Assembly (NCBI GenBank): GCA_035935465.1
Contig: DASYXA010000065.1
Coordinates: 9,172-73,171 of the forward strand
Length of the DNA stretch: 64,000 bases
DNA from: Candidatus Limnocylindria bacterium
GTDB taxonomy: Bacteria; Chloroflexota; Limnocylindria; P2-11E
Direction of reading: 5' to 3'
The first letter of the stretch is position 1. Every line of letters starts with the position of its first letter. A program made the translations under genes and the position numbers. Below, piece after piece: positions 1-9,250 of the stretch. Under the pieces are notes generated by a model, which worked only from the letters and a program-made list of their open reading frames with translations, was not told the origin of the DNA and did no database searches.

Positions 1-784
1 TCGCGCGCGCGACGCCGACGACGTCCGGCGCGTTCGGCGTGAGCTTCACGATCACCGGGAGGTCCGTCTCCTGCTTCACGGCCGCGGTCACCTGCCCCGC
101 GAGGTCCGGATCGAAACCGAAGAGCATCCCGCCCTTCACGTTCGGGCAGGAGATGTTCAGCTCATACGCGACGACGCTCGCGATGCCGGCGAGCTCGCCC
201 ACCACCCTCACGTAGTCGTCGACGCTGTACCCGGCGACGTTCACGATGACCGGGACGCCGAGCTGGGCCCAAGCCTTCGCGTACTTCCTCGCGACGCCGG
301 CCGCGCCGGGGTTCTCGAGCCCGATCGAGTTCAGGATCCCCGACGGCGTCTCCGCGATCCGGTACTGCGGGTTGCCCGGCCGCGCGAGGACCGTCGTGCC
401 CTTGTTCACGATCGCGCCCAGGCGCGACACGTCGATGAGCTCGGCGTACTCGACCCCCTGCCCGAACGTCCCCGACGCCGTGAGCACCGGGTTGCGGAGG
501 CGCAGCCCGCGCGCGGCGTCGACCGCGAGGTCGACCCCGTCCTCGGGCCGCTCGGCCGAGTGGACCGGCGTGACGACCGCCGAGTCGGAGAGCTCGACGC
601 GCGCGAGCTGCGCCGCGAGCGGCGAGGGACCGCGCTGATCGGGGTCGACCTCGCCGGTGGCGGCCTCGACGATCGAGGCGCCGTCGACGTCCGCGAGCTC
701 CACCGCCTCGTCCTCCTCCTCGCCGGCCGAGAGCTCCTCGAGCGTCTCCTCGATCGCCCGGCTCACGTTGACCGGCCGGTCCAC
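1..784 (-). CDS. pyrD: Dihydroorotate dehydrogenase (type 1B) catalytic subunit PyrD, 3'-partial (runs off window start). Start uncertain: GTG at 784 or 714.
   Basis: Hand translation of the minus strand gives ...GLRLRNPVLTASGTFGQG...ETPSGILNSIGLENPGAAG...YELNISCPNVKGGMLFG...VIVKLTPN, matching the DHOD N-terminal half. It lies directly downstream of pyrK. The frame is absent from the ORF track because the gene has no stop inside the window. Confidence 0.75.
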   Translation of the reverse strand, partial: MDRPVNVSRAIEETLEELSAGEEEDEAVELADVDGASIVEAATGEVDPDQRGPSPLAAQLARVELSDSAVVTPVHSAERPEDGVDLAVDAARGLRLRNPVLTASGTFGQGVEYAELIDVSRLGAIVNKGTTVLARPGNPQYRIAETPSGILNSIGLENPGAAGVARKYAKAWAQLGVPVIVNVAGYSVDDYVRVVGELAGIASVVAYELNISCPNVKGGMLFGFDPDLAGQVTAAVKQETDLPVIVKLTPNAPDVVGVARA

Positions 785-810
785 CTTCCTCCGTGGCCTG
801 CGCCAGGGCA

Positions 811-1641
811 TCAGGCGGTCGACCCGACGGTCGCGGGCTCGCCCTCGCTGAACCGCATGTCGCCGAGCTCGAACACCGGTCCCTCACGGCACACGCGCGC
901 GTTGCCCGCCGCGGTCACGACCACGCACGCGCGGCAGACGCCCATCGCGCAGCCCATGTGCTGCTCGACGGCGATCTCGGCGTCGAGGAGCACCTGCCGC
1001 CCGGGGAACACGGCGCTCGCGCGGGCGGCCTCGTCGCGCATGCGGCCGAGCGCCGCGAGCATCGGCCACGGCCCGCAGGCGCAGAGCTGATCGGCCCACG
1101 CCAGGAGCGGTCGCAGCGCGTCGGTGACCCGGCCCGCGATCCCGAACGACCCGTCGTCGGTGGTCGTGACGTATTCGACCGTCGGCGGCAGCAGCCGCGA
1201 CGGCCAGAGGTACTGGATCGAGCGGCCGCCCATGACGAGGGTGACGTTGCGGCGCGAGGACTCGTGCTCCGCGAGCACCCGCATCGGCGCGATGCCCGTG
1301 CCGCCCGCGACGAGCAGGAGGTTCTTCGTCGAGCGCTGGATGACGAACGCGCTGCCGAGCGGGCCGAGGAGGTCGAGGTCGTCGCCCGGGCGGCGCGACG
1401 CGATCCATTCGCCACCCTCGCCGAGCGGCTTCACGATGAGCTCGATCTCGCCGGCCTGGCGGTCGATCCGATTGAAGGAGTACGGCCGCCGCAGGAGCGG
1501 ATCGAACCGCTGCCCCGGTCGCACGTGCACGAACTGCCCGGCGCGCGCCTGGGCGGCGATGCCCGGCGCGGCGACGTTGAGGACGACGCCCAGGTCGCCG
1601 ATCTCGCTCCGCGCGAGCACGCGGCCGTTCTCCAGGATCAC
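811..1641 (-). CDS. pyrK: Dihydroorotate dehydrogenase electron-transfer subunit PyrK (FAD/NAD-binding, 2Fe-2S).
   Basis: Motifs VKPLGEGG, LVAGGTGIAPM and the C-terminal Cys cluster GCAMGVCRAC..VCREGPVF. The probable start is GTG at 1641, which overlaps the upstream toxin stop as GTGA. The ATG at 1728 would give an atypical 29-aa extension. Confidence 0.85.
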   Translation of the reverse strand: MILENGRVLARSEIGDLGVVLNVAAPGIAAQARAGQFVHVRPGQRFDPLLRRPYSFNRIDRQAGEIELIVKPLGEGGEWIASRRPGDDLDLLGPLGSAFVIQRSTKNLLLVAGGTGIAPMRVLAEHESSRRNVTLVMGGRSIQYLWPSRLLPPTVEYVTTTDDGSFGIAGRVTDALRPLLAWADQLCACGPWPMLAALGRMRDEAARASAVFPGRQVLLDAEIAVEQHMGCAMGVCRACVVVTAAGNARVCREGPVFELGDMRFSEGEPATVGSTA

Positions 1642-1997
1642 GATGGGTCCGCCACGGTCTCGCCGAGCGCACGACGCACGCCTCGAATGACCGCGCTCAG
1701 GACCTCGCCCGAAACAGGCATTCCCCACGGGCCACGCGAGAGGAACTCGCGATCCACCGTCGTCAGCTCCTCGCAGAAAAGGACCCCATCCTTCTTGAGG
1801 CCGCCTAGCCCACGCTCGATCCGCACGTGCGTCGGCCCGGCCGCTCCGCGAGAGAAGATCGGCACCACCATCACGTCATCGGCGATGCGATTCCGCACAT
1901 CCGAAGACACGACCAGAGCCGGGCGCGGCTGGTGCGGATCGTCAGGCTGTCCCGGCAGGCGCACTGACCAGATCTCGCCTCGCGTCGGGGTCGTCAC
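1638..1997 (-). CDS. MazF/PemK-family type II toxin (endoribonuclease-like).
   Basis: TRGEIWSVRLPG...RPALVVSSDVRN...VMVVPIFSRG...GLKKDGVLFCEELTTVDREFL matches the PemK/MazF core. The GTG start at 1997 overlaps the antitoxin stop as GTGA. Confidence 0.8.
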   Translation of the reverse strand: MTTPTRGEIWSVRLPGQPDDPHQPRPALVVSSDVRNRIADDVMVVPIFSRGAAGPTHVRIERGLGGLKKDGVLFCEELTTVDREFLSRGPWGMPVSGEVLSAVIRGVRRALGETVADPS

Positions 1998-2284
1998 GTC
2001 GCGCGGTCGAACCGCTTGCGGGCCGCCGCACCGCGGATCCGTCGCCACTCAACGCGCTCGGCGTCGTAGTGCGCGGCATCCTCGCGGAGTTGTCGCTCCA
2101 TGGCGACCTCTTGCTGCCGCTCATGCCAGAGCCGCAGCGCCTCATCGATCACGGCGCTGCGATCCGTTCCCGGCGTATCGGCGACGTGCGCATCCACGAC
2201 CGCGACGAGATCGGGATCGAGCGTCGCTCCGACCTTGACCCGCCGACGGATGGGAGACATAGTGTCCGACACTATACCAGACAT
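1994..2284 (-). CDS. Ribbon-helix-helix (CopG/MazE-like) antitoxin. Alternative start at the internal Met near 2260.
   Basis: A small protein sits immediately upstream of the toxin and overlaps it by 4 nt. SPIRRRVKVGATLDPDLVAVVDAHVADTPGTDRSAVIDEALRLWHERQ is a typical RHH antitoxin N-terminus. Confidence 0.7.
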   Translation of the reverse strand: MSGIVSDTMSPIRRRVKVGATLDPDLVAVVDAHVADTPGTDRSAVIDEALRLWHERQQEVAMERQLREDAAHYDAERVEWRRIRGAAARKRFDRAT

Positions 2285-2290
2285 ATTGGG

Positions 2291-2698
2291 TCACGGCAGA
2301 ACGGTTCCTACGGCGAACGTGTAGCCGTCCGGGTCCTCGAGGATCACGTCGCGCCAGCCGTGCGGCCAATCGCGCGCGCCGAGCAGCACGATCGAGCCGC
2401 GCTCCTTCGCGCGCCGCTCGGCGGCGTCGGGGTCGATGCCGAGGATCCGGATCTCCGCGCCGAGCCCGCGCTTCCCGGCCTCGGCGAGACGCGGAGCCCA
2501 GGGCTGCTTGTCGTAGGTGTGGTCGGCGTGCAGCACGATCTGGGTGGAGTCGAGCTGCAGCGCGGCCATGTCCTCATCCGAGTAGTGGACGGTCATGCCC
2601 AGCACATCCCGGTAGAACGGGACGCTCTTCTGGACGTCGCGGACGATGAGGTTGAGCGACAGCCCGGTGAGGGTCTTGCCGTACGCGTCCGATGCCAT
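2291..2698 (-). CDS. VOC-family (glyoxalase/bleomycin-resistance fold) protein.
   Basis: MASDAYGKTLTGLSLNLIVRDVQKSVPFYRDVLGMTV...VILEDPDGYTFAV is a VOC paired beta-alpha-beta-beta-beta module. The internal ATG at 2698 was chosen because the tracked ORF start at 2839 would overlap carB. Confidence 0.7.
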   Translation of the reverse strand: MASDAYGKTLTGLSLNLIVRDVQKSVPFYRDVLGMTVHYSDEDMAALQLDSTQIVLHADHTYDKQPWAPRLAEAGKRGLGAEIRILGIDPDAAERRAKERGSIVLLGARDWPHGWRDVILEDPDGYTFAVGTVLP

Positions 2699-2724
2699 CC
2701 ACGGCGTGCCGGTGCGCCTGGTCG

Positions 2725-5700
2725 TCACGCCACGATCGGCGCGCTGCGGTATTCGCTCAACGGGGCGACGCTGTAGCGCTGCGCGCTCGCGCGGAGCGCG
2801 GTAACGACGGCGAGCGCGGTGTCGAGCGACGTGAGGCACGGCACGCGCGCCTCGACGGCGGCACGGCGGATGAGGAAGCCGTCGCGATCCACCGCCTTAC
2901 CGAGCGTCGGGGTGTTCACGACGGCGGCGCACTGCCCCGACCGGATGATCTGGAGGATCGTGGCGTCGCCGTCGCCGAGCTTCGGCACCTCCTGGACCTC
3001 GATGCCGAGCGAGCGGATGAGGGCGGCCGTCCCGCGGGTCGCGACGAGGTCGTACCCCAGCCAGTGGAACCCCTCGATGATCGACACGATCTCGGCCTTG
3101 TCCTTGTCGGCGACGGTGATGAGCACCTTGCCGCTCGGCATCGGCGCGAGGCCCGCCGCGACGAGCGACTTCCACAGCGCCGGCGCGAACGTGCGATCGA
3201 TGCCGATCACCTCGCCGGTGCTCTTCATCTCGGGACCGAGGTACGTGTCCACGTCGAGGAGCTTGGCCATCGAGAAGACCGGGGCCTTGAGCGCCACGAG
3301 ATCGCCCGACGGCCAGAGGCCATCCGCCCGCGCGTAGCCCTCGGCCGCGAGCGTGCTTCCGGCCCCGATCGCGACCGCGAGCTTCACCATCGGCACGCCG
3401 GTGACCTTCGTGAGGAACGGGACCGTGCGGCTCGCGCGCGGGTTCACCTCGAGGCACCACACGCGGCCCTCTTCGACTATGAACTGGATGTTCAGGAGGC
3501 CTCGGACGGGGAGCGACGACGCGATCTTCCGGGTGAGCTCGACGATCAGGTCGCGCTCCGCGGGGCTGAGGTTCGCCGCGGGGTACACCGCGAACGAATC
3601 GCCCGAGTGCACACCGGCCCGCTCGATGTGCTCCATGATCCCGGCGACCAGGGTGTCCTCGCCGTCGCTCACCGCGTCGACCTCGACCTCGCGCCCGCGC
3701 ACGTACTTGTCGACCAGCACGCGCCCGAAGCTCGCCTCGAGGGCCGAGCCGAAGTAGCGGTCGAGGTCGTCGGGCCCGTACGCGATCTCCATCCCGCGTC
3801 CGCCGAGCACGAACGACGGCCGCACGAGGACGGGGTACCCGATCCCGTCGGCGATCGCCCGCGCCTCGCTCAGCGAGTCCGCTGTTCCCCCGGGCGGCTG
3901 CGGGATCCCGAGCGCCGTGGCGAACTCGTGGAACCGCCGGCGATCCTCGGCCAAGCCGATCGCGTCGGCGCTCGTGCCGCTGATGTGGCCGCCGATGTCG
4001 GCGATCCGCTCCGCGAGGTTGAGCGCCGTCTGCCCGCCGAACTGCGCGAGCACCGCGACGTCGCCGCCCTCGTTCGCGAGGACGCTCGCGACCGATTCCT
4101 CGTCGAGCGGCTCGAAGTACAGGCGGGCCGACGCGTCGAAGTCGGTGCTCACCGTCTCGGGGTTGCTGTTGATCATGATCGCCTTGATGCCCCGCTCATC
4201 CAGCGCCATCGCGCTCTGGACGCAGCAGCAGTCGAACTCGATACCCTGCCCGATGCGGATCGGGCCGGATCCGAGGATCACGGTCTTCGGGCCCTCGAGC
4301 GCGGGCGCCTCGTTCTCCTGCTCGTACGTCGAGTAGAAGTACGGCGTCACGGCCTCGAACTCGGCGGCGCAGGTGTCGACCATCTTGTAGACCGGCACGA
4401 TCCCCCACTGGAGCCGGAGCCGGCGGACATCGGACATCTGGACGCCGCAGAGCGCCGCGATGTCGACGTCCGAGAAGCCCATGCGCTTCGCGCGCCGGAG
4501 CAGCGTCGGGTTCGGCGTCCGGCCCTCGAGCTCGTCGGCCGCGAATCGCACGACGTTACGGAGCTTGCGCAGGAACCAGCGGTCGATGCGCGTCGCGTCG
4601 TGGACCGCGTCGACGGTCGCCCCGCGCCGGAGCGCCGCGATGACCCGCCAGATCCGGTCATCCGTCGGCTCGCCCGCGAGGTAGCGCGCGACGAACGCGG
4701 CGGGATCCGTGCTGCCGGTCCATGCCGGCGCCTCGGCGAACAGGCTCTGGCCCTTGATCTCCAGCGAGCGGAGCGCCTTCAGCATCGCGGCCTCGAACGT
4801 CCGATCGATGGCCATGACCTCGCCCGTCGCCTTCATCTGCGTGCCGAGCCGGCGGTCCGCGGTGCGGAACTTGTCGAACGGCCAGCGTGGGATCTTCACC
4901 ACGACGTAGTCCAGGGTCGGCTCGAACGCCGCGGTCGTCATCTTTGTGACGGCGTTCGGGATCTCGAACAGCCGCTTGCCGATCGCGATCTTCGCCGCGA
5001 CGCGCGCGATCGGATAGCCCGTCGCCTTCGACGCGAGCGCCGATGAGCGCGACACCCGCGGATTGACCTCGATGACGTAGTACTGAACGCGCGCGTCGGG
5101 GTCATCGGACGGCGAGGCGTCGGGGTGCAACGCGAACTGGACGTTGCACCCGCCCTCGATCCCGAGCGCGCGGATGATCTTGAGCGCGGCGCTCCGGAGC
5201 TGCTGGTACTCCTTGTCCGAGATCGTCTGCGACGGCGCCACGACGATCGAGTCGCCGGTGTGCACGCCCATCGGATCGATGTTCTCCATGTTGCAGACGG
5301 TGATGCAGGTGTCGGCACCGTCGCGCATCACCTCCCACTCGAGCTCTTTCCAGCCCGTCAGGCTCCGTTCGACCAGGATCTGCCCGATCGGCGACGCGCT
5401 GATGCCGCGCTGCGCGCGCTCGCGGAGCTCGGTCGCGTCGGCCGCGAAGCCGCCGCCGGTCCCGCCGAGCGTGTACGCCGGCCGGATCACGACCGGGTAG
5501 CCGATACGCTCGGCGAACGCGACGGCCTCGTCGACGGTGTGCGCGGTCACGGATTCCGGCACCGGCTCGCCGATCTCGATCAACAGCTGCTTGAACGCCT
5601 CCCGGTCCTCGGCCTTGCGGATCGCCTCGAGCGGCGTGCCCAGGAGCTTCACCGCGTACCGCTCGAGGACGCCGGCGTCGGCCAGCGCGACCGCGAGGTT

Positions 5701-5979
5701 CAGGCCGGTCTGCCCGCCGAGGGTCGGCAGCAATCCGTCCGGGCGCTCGCGCTCGATGATCCGCTCGAGGACCTCGACGGTGAGCGGCTCGAGGTACGTG
5801 ACGTCGGCGACTCCGGGGTCGGTCATGATCGTCGCGGGATTCGAGTTCACGAGGATCGTCTCGATCCCCTCTTCGCGGAGCGCGCGGCAGGCCTGCGTGC
5901 CGGCGTAGTCGAACTCGGCGGCCTGGCCGATGAGGATCGGGCCCGAGCCGATGATCAGGACCTTCACAGGTCCAGCCAT
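2725..5979 (-). CDS. carB: Carbamoyl-phosphate synthase large subunit.
   Basis: 1084 aa from the ATG at 5979 ([30 protein letters not shown]...). Two ATP-grasp halves and an MGS-like C-terminus are present. The 72-aa R-rich extension at the tracked ORF start is rejected. Confidence 0.95.
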   Translation of the reverse strand: MAGPVKVLIIGSGPILIGQAAEFDYAGTQACRALREEGIETILVNSNPATIMTDPGVADVTYLEPLTVEVLERIIERERPDGLLPTLGGQTGLNLAVALADAGVLERYAVKLLGTPLEAIRKAEDREAFKQLLIEIGEPVPESVTAHTVDEAVAFAERIGYPVVIRPAYTLGGTGGGFAADATELRERAQRGISASPIGQILVERSLTGWKELEWEVMRDGADTCITVCNMENIDPMGVHTGDSIVVAPSQTISDKEYQQLRSAALKIIRALGIEGGCNVQFALHPDASPSDDPDARVQYYVIEVNPRVSRSSALASKATGYPIARVAAKIAIGKRLFEIPNAVTKMTTAAFEPTLDYVVVKIPRWPFDKFRTADRRLGTQMKATGEVMAIDRTFEAAMLKALRSLEIKGQSLFAEAPAWTGSTDPAAFVARYLAGEPTDDRIWRVIAALRRGATVDAVHDATRIDRWFLRKLRNVVRFAADELEGRTPNPTLLRRAKRMGFSDVDIAALCGVQMSDVRRLRLQWGIVPVYKMVDTCAAEFEAVTPYFYSTYEQENEAPALEGPKTVILGSGPIRIGQGIEFDCCCVQSAMALDERGIKAIMINSNPETVSTDFDASARLYFEPLDEESVASVLANEGGDVAVLAQFGGQTALNLAERIADIGGHISGTSADAIGLAEDRRRFHEFATALGIPQPPGGTADSLSEARAIADGIGYPVLVRPSFVLGGRGMEIAYGPDDLDRYFGSALEASFGRVLVDKYVRGREVEVDAVSDGEDTLVAGIMEHIERAGVHSGDSFAVYPAANLSPAERDLIVELTRKIASSLPVRGLLNIQFIVEEGRVWCLEVNPRASRTVPFLTKVTGVPMVKLAVAIGAGSTLAAEGYARADGLWPSGDLVALKAPVFSMAKLLDVDTYLGPEMKSTGEVIGIDRTFAPALWKSLVAAGLAPMPSGKVLITVADKDKAEIVSIIEGFHWLGYDLVATRGTAALIRSLGIEVQEVPKLGDGDATILQIIRSGQCAAVVNTPTLGKAVDRDGFLIRRAAVEARVPCLTSLDTALAVVTALRASAQRYSVAPLSEYRSAPIVA

Positions 5980-6791
5980 CCGCCACCGGCGATCGCGCAG
6001 CGCCCGCCGACGTGCACGCTCGTGATCCGCTCGCGGCCGCCCCCGACGCGCACGTAGAGGAGCGACGGGCGTCCCATCTCGTAGCCCTGCTCGGACACGA
6101 TGCGCGCGCCATCCGACAGACCGTGGCGCACGAGATACGCGCCGAGCGGTCCGTTCGCGGAGCCGGTCGCTGGATCCTCGGCGATGCCCTGCCACGGCGC
6201 GTACATCCGGCCGTGCACCGTGGACCCCGGCTCGACGGTCTCGGTGGTGAAGATGTAGGCGGCCTCGGCGAGCCCCCGCGGCGACGCGCGCTCGACCGCG
6301 TCGAGCGTCTTCACCGCCACGAACATGAACCGGTTGCCGCTCGAGCCGACCTCGATCGGCAGCCCTGTCTCCAGATCCGCGACCTCGAGCGACAGGGACC
6401 TCGCGACCGCCGCGCGGTCGGCGACCGGCTCGAATGTCGGCAGGGGCTGCTCCATCTCGCTGAAGCCGCCGCGCACGGTGACCCGCAGCGTCCCGACCTG
6501 CTCCTCCAGCCGGAGTGTCGCGTCCTGCGCGCCGGCCAGCACGTACGCCGTGCCGACCGTCGGGTGCCCGGCGAACGGCAGCTCGCGCGACGGCGTGAAG
6601 ATCCGCAGCCGGTGATCGCCACCCCGCTCGGCCGGGACGACGAACGTCGTTTCCGGGAGATTGAGCTCCTGCGCGGCGGTCTGCATGACGGTGCCGGCGA
6701 CGCCGCGACCGTCACGGAAGACCGCGAGCTGGTTGCCGCCGAACTTCCGGTCGGTGAAGACGTCGACCAGCGTGTATTCGTGGTGGGTCAT
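5964..6791 (-). CDS. PhzF-family (phenazine biosynthesis-like / DAP-epimerase fold) isomerase-like protein.
   Basis: [25 protein letters not shown]...[36 protein letters not shown], 275 aa. Its ATG at 6791 overlaps the carA stop (ATGA) and its stop lies 16 nt inside the carB start. The tracked 639-aa ORF is this gene plus a spurious antisense N-extension. Confidence 0.85.
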   Translation of the reverse strand: MTHHEYTLVDVFTDRKFGGNQLAVFRDGRGVAGTVMQTAAQELNLPETTFVVPAERGGDHRLRIFTPSRELPFAGHPTVGTAYVLAGAQDATLRLEEQVGTLRVTVRGGFSEMEQPLPTFEPVADRAAVARSLSLEVADLETGLPIEVGSSGNRFMFVAVKTLDAVERASPRGLAEAAYIFTTETVEPGSTVHGRMYAPWQGIAEDPATGSANGPLGAYLVRHGLSDGARIVSEQGYEMGRPSLLYVRVGGGRERITSVHVGGRCAIAGGGWLDL

Positions 6792-7924
6792 GCGCGCCGC
6801 GCGACGGCGTCGCGCACGTCGTCCATGAACCGGTCGAACACGGGCTCGTTGTCGCGCGGACCCGGCGCTCCCTCGGGGTGGTACTGATACGTGCGGATCG
6901 GCAGCGTGCGGTGGGCGAGACCCTCGACCGAGCCGTCGTTCAGGTTCCGCTTGCTCACGTAGAACTCCGAGTGCAGCGGCAGGGACGTCTCGTCGACCTG
7001 GAACTCGTGGTTCTGGCTCGTGATCACGACCTGCCCGGTGACCGTGTCCTGCACCGGGTGATTGCTCCCGTGGTGGCCGAACGGGAGCCGCGACGTCGAG
7101 GCCCCGATGGCCCGCGCGAGCAGCTGATGGCCGAGACAGATGCCGAGGATCGGCACCGGCCGCCCGGCGCCGCGGCTCTCGGCCATGTCGAGGAGGATCT
7201 TCACGTTCGCGGCGACCGATCCGATCGCGGCCGGGTCGCCCGGGCCGTTCGTGATCACGATGCCGTCGGGCGACCAGGACAACACCGAGCGCAGGCTCGA
7301 CTCCACCGGGAACACGCGCACCGCCGCGCCGCGTTGCACGAGGCTGCGGATCTGGTTCTCCTTCACACCGGTGTCGATCAACGCGATCTTCGGCCCGGCG
7401 CCGACGGTGCGCTCGACGGAAACGCTCGCCTCGGCGACCAGCGGCCGCTGCGCGAGCGGCGTCGTGGCGCGGGCCTTCGCGACCGCCTCGGTCCCGATGT
7501 CGGGATCGAGCGCGCGGTGCGGCGGGACCTGGATGAGCGCGCCGCGCAGCGTGCCGGACGACCGGAGCCGGCGGGTGAGCGCGCGCGTATCGACGCCCGC
7601 GATCCCGGGGACGCCGTTCGCGCGCAGGTACGAGTCGAGGTCGTCGGTCCCCTCGCGGCACGTCGCGTTCAGCTCGCGCACGACGAGCGCCTCGACCCAC
7701 GGCTTGCGCGATTCGGCGGCGCGATCGAACACGCCGTAGCTCCCGATGAGCGGGAAGGTCATCACGACGATCTGTCCGTTGTACGACGCATCGGAGGCGA
7801 CCTCCTGATAGCCGGTCATCGCCGTGTTGAACACGACCTCGCCCGACGCGTTCGACGAATCGCCGAACGCCTCGCCCCACCACACCGAACCATCCTCGAG
7901 CCCGAGGGCGGCCGCCCTGCTCAT
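6788..7924 (-). CDS. carA: Carbamoyl-phosphate synthase small (glutaminase) subunit.
   Basis: MSRAAALGLEDGSVWWGEAFG... with class-I GATase motifs ICLGHQLLA and HPE. Start assigned to the ATG at 7924; the tracked start at 8020 would read through the AT-rich leader. Confidence 0.9.
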   Translation of the reverse strand: MSRAAALGLEDGSVWWGEAFGDSSNASGEVVFNTAMTGYQEVASDASYNGQIVVMTFPLIGSYGVFDRAAESRKPWVEALVVRELNATCREGTDDLDSYLRANGVPGIAGVDTRALTRRLRSSGTLRGALIQVPPHRALDPDIGTEAVAKARATTPLAQRPLVAEASVSVERTVGAGPKIALIDTGVKENQIRSLVQRGAAVRVFPVESSLRSVLSWSPDGIVITNGPGDPAAIGSVAANVKILLDMAESRGAGRPVPILGICLGHQLLARAIGASTSRLPFGHHGSNHPVQDTVTGQVVITSQNHEFQVDETSLPLHSEFYVSKRNLNDGSVEGLAHRTLPIRTYQYHPEGAPGPRDNEPVFDRFMDDVRDAVARRA

Positions 7925-7927
7925 CGG

Positions 7928-7962
7928 TGCATAACTATACATGTCCGATGCATAAAGATGCA
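7928..7962. promoter_or_regulatory. AT-rich island with two TGCATA-containing dyads 21 bp apart, a candidate ArgR operator (ARG-box-like) abutting the carA start.
   Basis: TGCATAACTATACATG at 7928 and TGCATAAAGATGCA at 7949–7962 compare with the ARG box TNTGAATWWWWATTCANW. The island is conspicuous in ~72% GC DNA. Confidence 0.4.
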
Positions 7963-8020
7963 ATTGGCGCTCGAGGAGCAGCGCCTCGCGCTCAGCGGCC
8001 GCGATCCGCCGGCGACCCAC

Positions 8021-9250
8021 CTAGGCGAGCGCCCGCGTCGATCCGTCGAGCCGCAGCTCGCCGTCCACCGCGGCGGCGACGACCTGTCCGACGAGGCCGC
8101 GTCCGAGCAGCGGCGTGTTCTTGCCGAGCGACCGGAGCGAGGCCGCAGCGGGAGTCCACGCAGCGCGCGGATCGATGACCACGAGGTCGTTCGGCGGGAG
8201 CGCGATGCCGAGCACGCGGGCCGGACCGACCGTGAGCGCCTCGACCACTCGGTCCCAGGTCCCCCACCCCGCCGCGACACCGGCGAGCAGCAGCGGTACC
8301 GCGGTCTCGAAGACCGAGATCCCGAACGCGGCGTCTTGGTACTCGACGTCCTTCCGCGTGGACGCGTGCGGCGCGTGGTCGGTCGCGATCGCGTCGATGG
8401 TCCCGTCCATCAGGCCCGCCCAGCAGGCGCGCACGTCGGCGGCCGTGCGGAGCGGCGGATTCACTTTCGTCGACGTGTCGAACGGGAGGACCGGGGGGCG
8501 AGGCCCCCCGGTGGCCGTGTCTTCCCAGGCGAACGCGCGCGAGCCGGCGACCCACTCGTCGGTGAGCGCCAGGTGATGCGGCGTGACCTCGCAGGTGATC
8601 GCGAGTCCACCGGCCTTCGCGCGCCGCACGAGCTCGACGCTGCCGGCGGTGGAGACGTGTGCGAGGTGCAGCCGGCCGCCGGTGAGCTTCGCGAGCGAGA
8701 GGTCGCGGGCGATCGCGCTCTCCTCGGCCGCGGCCGGGATCCCCGGCAGGCCGAGCCGCGCGGACACGACCCCCTCGTGCATCACGCCACCGGCCGAGAG
8801 TGCCTGGTCCTGCGAGTGCTCGAAGATCGGGCGCCCCGCCGCCCGCGCGTACTCGAGCGCGTTGCGGAAGAGCTGCGCGTCGCCGACCGGCGATCCATCG
8901 TCCGAGAACGCGACCGCGCCGGCGGCCGCGAGCTCGACGAGGTCGGCCAGCTCGGCGCCCTTGCGCCCGCGGGTGATCGTCGCGATCGGGAGCACGCGCG
9001 CGGCGGTCGCCGCCTCGCCGCGCGCGATGACCTCGGCGATCAGGCCGGGCGAGTCGATGGCCGGCTCGGTGTTCGGCATGGCGCAGATCGTGGTGAACCC
9101 GCCGGCGAGCGCGGCGCGGGCCCCGGTGGCGATGGTCTCCGACTCCTCGAAGCCCGGCTCGCGGAGGTGCGCGTGCAGGTCGATGAAGCCCGGTGCCGTG
9201 ATGAGTCCGCGCTGCTCGGCATCACGCTTGAGATCCGCCGGCACGCTCAC
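8021..9250 (-). CDS. pyrC: Dihydroorotase.
   Basis: Hand translation from the GTG at 9250 gives [50 protein letters not shown]... The GTGA overlap with the pyrB stop supports this start. The N-terminus is ~30 aa shorter than typical. The first 410 aa of the tracked 819-aa ORF are antisense to pyrB and rejected. Confidence 0.85.
   Translation of the reverse strand: MSVPADLKRDAEQRGLITAPGFIDLHAHLREPGFEESETIATGARAALAGGFTTICAMPNTEPAIDSPGLIAEVIARGEAATAARVLPIATITRGRKGAELADLVELAAAGAVAFSDDGSPVGDAQLFRNALEYARAAGRPIFEHSQDQALSAGGVMHEGVVSARLGLPGIPAAAEESAIARDLSLAKLTGGRLHLAHVSTAGSVELVRRAKAGGLAITCEVTPHHLALTDEWVAGSRAFAWEDTATGGPRPPVLPFDTSTKVNPPLRTAADVRACWAGLMDGTIDAIATDHAPHASTRKDVEYQDAAFGISVFETAVPLLLAGVAAGWGTWDRVVEALTVGPARVLGIALPPNDLVVIDPRAAWTPAAASLRSLGKNTPLLGRGLVGQVVAAAVDGELRLDGSTRALA

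Noticed and set aside
162-887. 241-aa ORF rich in R/G/A (and several similar overlapping ORFs in 1–1100).
   Set aside because: Low-complexity composition typical of out-of-frame or antisense reading of GC-rich coding DNA. The region is fully explained by pyrD and pyrK on the minus strand in other frames.
5964-7883. 639-aa ORF spanning the PhzF-like gene and most of carA.
   Set aside because: Only the last 275 aa (the PhzF-like protein) are real. The first 364 aa are an R/G-rich antisense-frame artefact overlapping the well-conserved carA reading frame.
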